Part shown: in pieces, positions 48,780 through 60,000 of the stretch | How the letters are laid out: each line of letters opens with the position of its first letter | Numbering within the stretch: the first letter of the stretch is position 1 | Origin: Klebsormidium nitens | Lineage: Eukaryota; Plantae; Klebsormidiophyceae | Assembly (NCBI GenBank): GCA_000708835.1 | Contig: DF237227.1 | Span: 1-64,000 of the forward strand | Length of the DNA: 64,000 nucleotides | Direction of reading: 5' to 3' | The notes under the pieces: model-generated | Told to the model about the DNA's origin: nothing | Seen by the model: the letters and a program-made list of their open reading frames with translations, nothing else | The model's database searches: none | Translations under genes and position numbers: made by a program

Positions 48780-51700
48780 CTAGATGAAGGCGTCATGGCC
48801 CCAGTTGAGGAGCGCCTGTCGCTGCTTCGGGCGACACGTCAGGTCTCCCGGCTCACAATGTGCCTTGACCTGCGCACACCACAAGGAGGTCCACTGAATC
48901 AACACCCGTCACACGCGCTTACGGGGCAATAGAAAGGAAGCAGAACGGCTTACATCAACTTGCAGCCCTTCGGAATGGCCACGACGCTTCCCTAATTCTG
49001 CTTCCTTGATTCTTGACGAGACCGTCAATATTAAGGTGAGTTGTAAAACACACAGAGCACCGTAACAGCGGTCTCCCCAACGCTGGGCGTTACCAGCAAG
49101 TTGCTGATTGAGAGACGGCACCCCGCAGTAACTTATTAGCCAATCCCAATTGTACAAAATAAACCCCTGAAGACCAGAACGTCTACCGTAGAAGTTTACG
49201 ACGCCATTTTCCGAGGCGTTGACGAGCGCACAGCACTTTTCATTTTGTGTGGCATCATCAGCACGTCTCGTGACGTCAGCGTGATACCACGACACTCGGC
49301 AGGCGTGCAGCATGACGTCATCACGTGATCGTATTCTGCCTCACCTGCCCCGCGTGCCGCCGCAGCTGGCGCCACCGCGAGATCTGGTGGTCGTCCTCGT
49401 CAGTGCGCCGGCCCAGGTAGTAGCGGCAGTACCTGAGAGGAGGGGCGGGTGTCCTTGTGCAATTTTCAACGTCGGTTGCGACTTATTCGGGTGAATATTA
49501 CTTCAAATCACTCTTCGAGGCTGGCGAGTTGTAAGTGGCACTAGCTGGGCGCAGAACTGTATGTTCGACAACAAGCACTCTGGCTCTGCGACTAAGCTAG
49601 CAACCAGTCAGTCGATAAGGTGCGGACCAGCCCGCCTGACAGCCCAGACCTGACAGCCCGAGCATCGCAAAATGAATGATGCTCGACGTCCTACTTGACG
49701 ATAATCATGGACTGTGTGTGCTGATAGGCCCGACAGACTAAACGGCGAAACCTCTTTTCACCCAGGGAAGAAAAGCAAAAGTAACATGTGTCCAGCAGAC
49801 GAGAGTCCTGCTTTGTACTCACCACAGGAACCAGCCCCGGGGGTCGTGCTTGGGCACCCACTTCTTCTTGCGCCACTCCTGCACGAGAAGTTTAAACAAA
49901 GGTTAGGGTTATTCAAAAATCCAAGGCTTGGTGTCGACCGGAGAAAGTAGAATTTTATCTGCGGTCTCAGGAGGACCGTTGAAACGGCTTCGCTCAATCA
50001 TGTAGACTCAGAGAATGCTTGGTGCAACTTCCAACCAAGAGCGATAGTTTACACGTCCATATCAGTAAACGGAGACGAAAGGCTGACGACTTGCAAATTT
50101 CAGTTGAGGCGAACCCAAGAAAGCTTGACGACGAGGCGGTGGATGGATGAGTAGAAGCCTCCCTGTTTACGAAACGCGTGTGCAGAGCTTGTACGCAAAA
50201 TCGGAAGTCGAGTCCTTGGGGAACAGCTTCTCGACGAGATGACAACCATCAACCATGGGCACCGAAGAACAACGTGCATCAGAGTAACTCCTGGAAGAAA
50301 GGAGCCAATCAGAGTCGATTACACTTCCTTCGCGACTTACGTTCAGAGATAGCCGGCTAACAATCTTGAAGCAGTTGACGTCTCCGTTCGGGCCCGAGGG
50401 GGATAGCGTCCCCTTCTCAACGGCGGCTTCAAACCTGTACAGAAAGGATGAAACGTTAGGACTTTACCGTCGGTGGATCTTGCCAGAAAGCAAGGAATAT
50501 TGGGTTCACAAAGACTCGGTTAAGGCTAGCGCGACTCGGTTAGAACTAGCGCAGGTACTCGTTCCACAGCTGAAAATGTTTGAGCCAACGACAGTCGATA
50601 AGGAGCAAAAAGATCAAGACAAACATTAGGAAAGAGACTTCCAGAGGTTCCAGAAAACGGTGGATGATTGCACCCCTGAAAAAGTAGCACCGAACGAAGG
50701 AACTAACCATATTGCAGGTTACAATCTCAACACTCGTCCTTCCTGCGAAGACGGCGTTGATAAAACGCCCTACACAGGCTAAACTCCCACTTAACCCTGG
50801 TAACATTGGGCTTGAAAGAATCGCGGGCGACCGTTCCTTGATACCTCGGAGAGGGTAAAGAAAATTTGCCGTGCTATTTCAGCTTTTGAACCTTCAGATT
50901 GACACAAGTGGAAGCGAAGACTGACCACTCCTTGGGGAACTCGAAGATGGTGTCATTGATGATCTTGCCCTCAAAAACGCCGTGCTCGAGCATCTCCTTG
51001 GGCGACAGCACGGGGTCGAAGCCGTCCTTAAAGTTTTTGCCAATGGGCTCGGAGAGCTCGTACGAGTAGCCCGTCTGCATCAGATCGTCCACCTCGATCG
51101 TGTCGCCGACCTTGTACTCCTTCTCCGGCCGAGCCTGCTTCAGGAGCTGCAAAATAGGGCGACATGTAAACGGTCAGGAAAGAGAAGCGGGATGGTTGCG
51201 ATGAGTGCAGGAAAAGTGAAAAGACTGCACGCTCGACCGGGCCTGCTTCAGGAGCTGCGAAAAAGGGCGACATTCGAAATGTCAAGAAAAAAAAGAGGGC
51301 TTGGTGCGACGAGTGTCAGGAAAACCGAAAAGACGCGCGTTTGTTGTGGTAAACCATATTGTATCGCAAACCCTGTACTCCTTCTCCGACCGGGCCTGCT
51401 TCAAGAGCTGTGAAAGAAAGAGGCGCACCGGATCAAGGGAACGGGCGAGTCACGTGGAAGCAGAGGACCACAACACAAGAAGTTCGTTCGTGCTTCTGCG
51501 AGCCGCAGATCTTGTTAATGGTCAGACGGGAGTAGTGTAAACAGTGCAGGTTGCTCTCTTCTACCCTCCAAGCTCGTTCATAGTTCCTTCTCCAGCTATG
51601 TCTCTTACAACACGCTTTACCATGTAAAAGGGTCCTTTCACTCAATAAAACCTACATGACAAACCAAATCCGCCGCAGGCATCCTCATAAGAGTCCTTTT

Positions 51701-53575
51701 AGCCAGTGAAGTCCTGAATATCAAAGCAAACCCGCAGCAGGCATCCTACAAAGCAAGTAGGAGGGTCTGACTGGAAGTGTGGAACCCCTGAAGTATCTCA
51801 TGTGATTTTCACCACCTTTTTCAAATCTCGTTTGCCCTGTCCCCCAAAATGACATCAGCAAGTCCAAGCAGTAAGGTAGCAATGCTCCTGCCCCCACCTC
51901 TTTCATGTCCTCGAGTGTCTCTAGCTTCTTCAGCAGCGCCATCCGCTCCTTCGACTTCGGCAGCTCGATCCCGTTCTCCTCGTGCAACTTTGCGACCGCC
52001 GCCACGCTCTTGCGGTGCGTCCCAGGATGCTCTGGCTGCTCCGAATGATGCACCGTCTTCTGCTTCTTGGCGTGCTTCTCCTCGTCTTCTTTCTCCCCAT
52101 CATTGTTCTTTTTCTTGTCTTTTCCCTTGCCCTCCTTCTCTTCCCCGTTGTTTTGTTCTCCGTTCTTTGCGCTGGCTTGAGCGCCTTTGGTTTTCTCTTG
52201 GTCGTTTTTGGATGTGTCGCCGGTTTTCTTCTCGTCATGAGCCTTCTCCTGCTCAGCCGCCTTCATCTCCTGCTCGCCTTCCTTCTTTCTCTTGTGATCA
52301 GGCCTGCAGGAAAGGCGACTTACTTGAAGCAAGCTTCTTCCAGGCTCCTGTTAATCTCCAGAATGGTGCACAAATTTTGCATCTGATGTGACTCTACTCT
52401 ATGGCAATCCAAGGTTTTCGTTGAGGTACAATCTGCATACAGAATTTACCAACTTTAGAAGAAGAATGAACAATGGAGTTCTTGAAGAGGGAAGGCCAAT
52501 CCAATGAATCACTCGGTCTCCACCAGAATAGACCCAGTTCACTGTTTTGACTGCCATCTGGAGACCTGGAACGATCTGGGTGCCTGTCTGATACCAATCT
52601 GGCAAAGTGAGAGCATTCGACGTGCAGAATAACATTGCCCATCCTGCATGCAAAAGTCAAGGCCTCCAGCTCAATGGTCAAAGCTTTCAACTCTCCACAT
52701 AAGCATAATCCTTCCAAAGTTGTCGGCCAATGAAAGCACGAAGTAGAAGATACTGCTGATCAAAGCCATGCCCCTCAGGGGCGATTTAAACCTCACCCAG
52801 CCAGCATCACTTCCGGGCGTTGAATGTCATCCAACCAGACTTCAGCAGTGTCCACTTGCCTCTTGCGATCCTTCCTGACTAAATCAAGTAAACCCGCATG
52901 CAAACTTGTGAGGATCACAACCTCATGAAGCAACCAGAGACAGGCAAGGGGATCACAACAGCAGGTCCCCCTGCTCAGGGTGCAGGTAAAACCTGCAGCC
53001 CTGCACTTATTGTCCCTTACTCAATCACCATTCAATTTGTCAACTGAGTCTACGACCAATGCAGGTCCTTGATTTACAACTCCCCTTTTTTAAGAGCTGA
53101 ATGTTGAATTACAAGAACGTACCTTCTAAGAGTAGCAAGGCCATCTCAAAAGAAAAAAACTACTCGTAGAAGCCTGATGCTAGTAAACTTACGTAGAGTC
53201 ATTCTTGGTTTGCTCCTTCTCCTCCTTTGTTGTTGTCTTCTCCTGCTCGGCCTCAGCAATGGACGCCCCTTCCTTAGCTCCAGACTTCGCTGGTTGCTTC
53301 TTTGGCGCCATACTGAAAAACTTCAAGTTCTCCTCGCCAAAAGCTCTCCAAGTATCTGCGAATGTGTCCCTAGGCTGTCGTATTGAGACAAGGGAGCGGA
53401 CTAGATGCTGAGTGCAAAAGCTAAAGGGGGCTTGCAGGAGCGTTGGCAAGGCAATGTGTGGACTCAAGAGTGTGCTGTTTAGCACGCAGCGGCTGCGGGG
53501 AAAGACCGATGCCCTTCCTTGAACGAGTGCCCTTCGGACAGTGACAGCGCCACGAACACAGGATAGTAAGTGCAT
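48780..53575 (-). CDS. Conserved uncharacterised protein: charged low-complexity N-region plus a C-terminal domain with [27 protein letters not shown] and RQALLNW motifs
   Basis: Exons 53575 (or second ATG 53311)-53193, 52303-51898, 51146-50926, 50434-50341, 49878-49823, 49432-49345, 48869-48780 splice in frame to TAG. Spliced C-domain: [40 protein letters not shown]...[77 protein letters not shown]. Confidence 0.82.
51110..51415. repeat. Intronic copies of the exon 3 acceptor region of the uncharacterised gene
   Basis: GCCTGCTTCAGGAGCTGC at 51133 (true), 51242 and 51394. The last copy also carries TGTACTCCTTCTCCG. Confidence 0.85.
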
Positions 53576-54757
53576 AGGCCACTGATCGCCTGTGTTAATA
53601 TAAGCTCACACCACCACCCCGCTTTTGAGCTGACTGGTCCTAGAATGTCCCTGACAGCAACTTGTGGAAAGTCCCCAAACTGCGTCCTGCATGCAAAATT
53701 CACTGCGTGAAATTGGTACATGGGAGGCTTGAGAACCTAATGCAGGTTTTTCCAAGCAACTGTGACTTTCCACAGAGCACCCTTCACTTGCTCAGAAGTG
53801 TCCACCAGCACAGGCCCTGTGGCGACACCCAGGCCCTCAGTGAGGAAGGCGCCACCCAGTGATCCAAACAGTACGCCCTTTGACAGGGCCTTCAGTCTGA
53901 GAATGCTTGAAGAAGGCATGTATACAGGTTCCTGTCAGCTGGTTTTGCAGCTGCGACCAACCGCAACTGCAGAAACAGGTAGCAAACTCCTTGTAATTGG
54001 TGTTCTTCAAAAACAAGCTACGGAAGATTGCAATAATAAAATCCAAGCGACATGCCTCTGCTAGGAGGTGGTGGCGATAACATAAGCACTGTTACAATGC
54101 AATGTGGCGCACCTCTTCGCTCTTGCACTTGCGCCCCTTCCTGCCAATCAACCCCTCTGCATGCAGCTTCCTCAGCCACAGCACTTTCTCTTTTCAGGAA
54201 TGGCTTGACACCATTCCAAACCCCACAACTTCCAGCAAGAGGAGGCGCCATGGTGTGGTGCTGTGCGAAGATGTGGGCGTCCGAGTGCTCGACACCTGCC
54301 AACACAGGGGCAACATGGCCATTGGCATGGGCTGTGCCAGGCCCCGGGACAAACTGAGTCACTTCAAGTTCCACTGCCACTGGCACGGATCAGTGTGATC
54401 GAGCCCGGATATAGCCTAGGTACCGGTATACTAGGCTATAGGCTATAGGGTATACTTTATAGCACCTAAACGTAGGCCGGTACCTGCTACCGTATACCGT
54501 ATCTACCTACCTATTTCAGCACCCGGGTTGCCCGGCCCGCCGCCGCCCAGTCGCCGGTCGGGTCTGGGCCCGGAGTCGGCCCTGGGGCCTGAACTCTTGC
54601 GGCGAGTCTGACTGGGTCCTGAGCCCGAGTCCCGACTCAGGTCGCTACGAGCCGCAAACCGCACATCGCGACCGCCCAGTCCAAGTCCGCAGCGCCTTGC
54701 GGTCTTTATTCGGGGCGCCAGTCCCCGTCGGTTACCACCCGGTTTCAAAAGGTGTAA

Positions 54758-55054
54758 GGCGACTCGAAGTTAAATCCCGGTTTCCAGTCCCCGACCGACC
54801 CAAAATCCGAAGGATTTTGGAAAAAAAAATAATAAATATAGTCAATATTTTGGTCCAAATTTCCCGATTTTTGTTCATTTTGGATTGAAAATATTGAAAT
54901 CTGGGCCAAGAAATGAAGTTTTTGCCCCAAAATTATTCCATATTATTTCATATTTCAAACATACTAGCAAAAAACCAACTATTATTTCTTCCCGACCAAC
55001 CGACCCACCCAAAAGGGGGTAGGACCGGAACCCGGGAATTAAATTCGACCCGCC
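54758..55054. mobile_element. PIF/Harbinger (Tourist-like) MITE, 297 bp
   Basis: Imperfect TIR of about 33 bp: GGCGACTCGAAGTTAAATCCCGGTTTCCAGTCC versus the reverse complement of GGACCGGAACCCGGGAATTAAATTCGACCCGCC. TAA on both flanks (54755-54757, 55055-55057); AT-rich interior. Confidence 0.75.
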
Positions 55055-55409
55055 TAAACAGGCACTCACACTAATATAATCGTCTCACACTCCAGTGTCC
55101 AGTCTTCCGCGGGCCCAGTTCGGCGTGCACCGGTGACCGCACGGTACCGTAATTGGACAGACCCGTGGCCTGGCAGGGCCCACATTCGCCCTGCAGATGA
55201 CACATGGCAGACCTTGATGCACAATGCAAACCCAACTTCATAACCTTCGCTTTAATTTGACGATTATCATTCAACCGACGCGGTTGAAAGCATGAAACCG
55301 GTCTGGACATGCGGATCAAGATTCAATGGTCGGTTTGTCAGCCCGGTCGGGACGGTTTACTAATTAAGGTTATGTAACATTCAAGCCATTAGATGCCTCA
55401 GATGAATAC

Positions 55410-55601
55410 CGGTAACTCTCGTGTGACCTAACGGGCGTGTGACCTAAGATACAAGCTACCCGGGCACTTCAAACTAAAACACCTAACCCAAATAATCACC
55501 CGCTCCGCACCCCAACCCACCCTAACCACCATACCAACCCCACCCGTCCCCCGGGTGCCTATCTTAGGTCACACGGCTCTTAGGTCACACGAGAGTTATC
55601 G
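55410..55601. mobile_element. Fold-back / MITE-like element with about 40-bp inverted repeats
   Basis: TAACTCTCGTGTGACCTAA....CGTGTGACCTAAGATA (55413-55452) is inverted at 55560-55598. Each arm has two CGTGTGACCTAA units. C-rich spacer; no clear TSD. Confidence 0.6.
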
Positions 55602-57028
55602 AAGTCTCAGCTGAATCACATGGTCTTTTAAAGTAGTCTCCATCAATCGGCAGCCGTCCATTTCTCGAAGTTCTGATATCGGACGAGTAGCAGGCACCAG
55701 CAAAACCTGTACTCAGAAAGTACAAGAAGTACGGTGTACCTACCGTACCTTCTGTCACTGGTAGTGTCACTGTCACTGGTGGTGTACAGTTTATGACGAC
55801 GGTGAGTGGGTGAACCGTGAGCAAACAACCGCGAAGGGGAACAGTCATGCCACATGGTGTTGACAACTTGCAAGTCGACAAAGACCTGAGCACGAACAAG
55901 TACCTGATTCAAATTGAGGTTGCAAGTTGTTGGAATGCGCAGGGCGAAAGGCGGTTCGTTTTGCTGGATGAATCTGCCGCATATCTAAGATTTATGTGAG
56001 GTACAATCATACATAGGTATTATGGTGTGCTTCTCTACTCCTGAATAGGTTGCATGAAAGGTCTTTGATCAATCAATGAATCATTGAGCTGAAGCATTGC
56101 CCCCGGGCGTCAGCCAAGACACTCAAAGGTGGCAAATTGCTCGTATGTAGAAGTCTTTGCAGATGCTTCCCTCAGCTCTTAGCTGGTCAGTCTTTCTGGG
56201 AGTGTACATAAAAACCAAAACATAAGTAGTCGAGCACGTAATTTGCTGGTGCCAGTGGAGGCAGTCCTGGCACAAAGCCTGCTTAACAAGCCAAGTAGAA
56301 ATTGTTGTCTCTGGTGAGTTCTATATTGCAGCCTTAGGCTTATTTCTCTCTTTCCAGGGTGTGTAAGCTGCTTTCGTGCCAACCTGAATCAAAATTGTGT
56401 GCATAACTTGCCATGAAGGCAAGCGCGAAACTCCGCGGTTACAACTGTGGTTTGGACCAGCTCGTGCAGTTGGTGACTCTCACTGTGGCTGAGATGTTTA
56501 TATGTTGGATTAGGGGTCAGGGGAGGCTTTCTGTGTTGACCAGTGCATTCTACATAGTGTGGGAAGATGCAGGACTTTGCAGTGACTTTACAGCACGTTT
56601 GGTGCCCTGTAGTTCCTAAAAGCTGGCTTCCTTCTCAGGTTTTGAGCAGAGTGCCTCTGACATTTGTTCTTCATCTGCACCCGTCCATTTTAATATGATG
56701 CCAGCGATCGCGGCTATGTGGCCCCGGCCTTTCTGCAGTGCCGATGACGTGGAAGTTTTGAAGGCTCCAAAGTATCTACTACGTTTTTGAAATGCCATTC
56801 GGGCCTTTTGTCCTTCGAATATCAGAATTCAGTTGTGCACCGACGACCATCACATCATTGGCCGATCCTAGCTTTTCCTCTTCCATGTCCAGGTACTTAG
56901 TATGTTGAATGTTTGTACCTGTGCCTTGTTCCTACTGATGTTCCTACTGAATGAAGAATTCTGTAACCATGCCTTACTCCCATTTCATACCTTGGTCCCT
57001 CACAAACATACGCATCGCTTCGTAGCAG

Positions 57029-60000
57029 ATGGCGAGCGTGCACCCCTCCGAGCAGCATGAGCGGCCTCCTCTTGCCAAGCATTCCTTGCGGGGCACAAAA
57101 CGTCCGTCCACATGGGCCGAGGGCCGCGCCGCGAAAGTGGCGTACCCCCCCGCCTGGGGCGGGGTCTACCCACTAGGGCTGGCACACGCGCGCCCGACCT
57201 GCGGGCAACTCATCGAACCAGAACCAGAACCAGCTCCAGACCCAATCTATATGGTAGACCCCGTGACTGGGGGGCCGATGCGGCCGGGCCCCGACATCGA
57301 GTTCAATTCAGAGGTCAGGTTTCACAAGTTTCACTATTTTTTTGAATCTGCTCGATGCCTCTGGTGACTTGGCTTTTCCTATGTGTCTGTTACTCATCAG
57401 TACAGCCCATGGTTACTGTAGATTCCTACTGTAGTGTCAGTCATGCGTCACTTGCGATGCTTCCCATTAAGATTTGCTGTTTAGAAAGTGAGCCGTGTGG
57501 GGATCCGGCTGTCTTAGCACGCTCAGATTCGAAGTTTTAGCGCTGCAGGATTGTGCTGCAGAATGCATCATTGTTGTACGTGTGCTCGAAAATTCATACT
57601 CACATGGCTGATACTCTTCGCAGGGTGCGCCTGTGCCCACAAATGAGGAGTTCCGGCTTCAGGTCTTGAGGAGCTACAACATCCTCAATACAGTGAGTCT
57701 TTCCCCCGCCCTCAGATAGACGGCGAATATGTAGGAATAGTTGCTCTGGGAGCTGGGAGCGTACGGGGTATGGATACGGAAGGACATACCGGCACCGTGC
57801 TAGCAGCTTGGATTGGGGAGCGCCAAATGTCCAGAAGGTTGTGTTTCACCAGGCCGTATGCTGTACCGGTCGAGAAGCCAACACGTCGTGCGAATGCTAG
57901 TATTGCCGCATCTTTGCCTTCTGGGGGACACAGTGCTGCTGCAGAGAGCAGGAGAGTCATCTTCTAACTCAACAAAGGTCGCACCTGCTGAAAAGAGCAT
58001 CGCGACTTACATTTCTATTTGTGGGTTTTCAAACACTCCCGTATGAGTCAGTTCACCGTGAGATTCGAGGAGCTGCTGAGGTGATTGAACATTCTGGCCG
58101 TCTAACCTTTTCGTTGAGGGGTTGCAAGCAGGTGGAGATGGTCCCCACTGCGGCGGCAACGCTGAGTGTGTTTATTGTGCTTGCGCAGGAACCGGAGTCC
58201 CGCTACGACCGCATCTCGGCCCTTGCCTCAATGATCTTTCATGTGAGCATCGGCTTCATTCTGGCCTCTTAAGTATTTTATCGTTACGCAGTTCGAGCCT
58301 TCTGCACTTACCAGGGTTCGCCCAAATCATCAAGCAAAGCTTTCACCAATGTTTCATAAGACTGGATGAAGAAGACGTACCCTCCTGCATGAATGTCCTC
58401 AGACAACGCGTCCAGATCGATATCTAGACGTTGAAAGGAAGAATCGGCAAAGGGTTTTCGAAAACACGGGGCCACCTTTCCCCTTCCAAAGGTCCTCTGT
58501 TCGAGGCTACTGATAGGAGTGGGACTGGACTCAGCCCAAACAGGTCCAAGTCGAGTGTCGCCTCAAGAAACCCGACAGAGCTTGTGTTGAGGGGGGTGTA
58601 AAAAGTCGATAGATCATTCGGTGCTTGAAGTATTCTGTGGCAATCTATCGGCTTTACGTGATTGTAAGTCTTCGATTCAACAACCCAGACGTTATCGGAG
58701 CCCTGTATGAGGTCCCAGCAATCTTGGTCAATGTATCCTCATTTGATGTTACAGGTTGGTTTACTGAAGTTCCTGTGATCCTTTTAATCAATTTTGTCCT
58801 TGAAAGTGAGAGCATAGCTTCAACTTCTTCCCGTGTCCACCATCTGCAGACCCCCGTGGCCCTCGTGTCCCTGGTTGACGAGAACCGGCAGTGGTTCAAG
58901 TCAAACATCGGACTTCCCGGTTGCACAGAAACCAAGAGAACCGGGTCCTTTTGTACATACGCCATCTTGCCAGCGTGAGTACCCTTCGAAAGCATTGCTG
59001 ATTTGGGTTCGTCTCCTCTTGATGAAAGCCAGAGCTTCATGTGAGCCGACAGACAACCGCAATACGAATCGGAAATTAGCGCAGCTGACTCGGCGTCGCT
59101 CTGGCAAACGCACTGTGGTTATTTGTTGGTGCGCGGTGGCCGGCAGTTTGGCCGGCCGAGACCCGTCGACGTTTACCACTCAGTCAGTGACCGGAATTGG
59201 TGACCATTTTTGCCTTCACTACACCATGCGCTGTGCCGAATGAGACAAAGAGCTTTGGAGTTGCGAAAACTGGACGAACATGTTCTATTGTAAAGGAATA
59301 GAAGGTCCTGTGGCCACCACAAGGGTTCTTGCAATGACCATTTCAGAGTCCCTACGTCAGGAGATGGTAAGACGTCCTGTCCCTGAAGTCTTCACTCTGG
59401 TTTGATTCTACAAATTGCTCGTCTTTGGCTTATTCTTCGTTTCGCCATGCAGAGTGGATCCCTGCCTGGTTGTCTGCGACGCGCTGAAAGACGGCCGGTT
59501 CTGTAAAAACGCTCTGGTAAGTGATTCCCATCTCACTGGTGAATTTCAGAGAGTCTTAAGATTTGCACTCCGTTGCGGGACATCACCGGCCACATCCAAT
59601 GGCAAGTGCAGGCAAGAATCGTGATGTTGTCTCGTTAGATATGGCGGAGATTTGTCACTGAATGGGCAACGAAGGCGTTGAGGTGCCGTTCGTGAGGACG
59701 TGACAAAAATGTATTATGCTTGCACAACGGGATACAGAGGATGAGGGAAGCTCCCAAGCTTTCCTAACCGACCGAGATTCATCGTGGATGCAGGTCATTG
59801 GAGAGCCACACATTCGCTTCTACGCGGGCGCTCCGCTAATCACCAAGGGCAATTTTGTGCTCGGCTCTCTGTGAGCGACGGAAACATTTCAAAAATTGTC
59901 CAGGGTCGAGTTGGCTTGGGAACGGTCGCCCTTGCTTTTCCGTCACTGCTTTGAGATGCACAGGAAAGGTGCCGCACAATTCTTTTCCTTATCAAATGAC

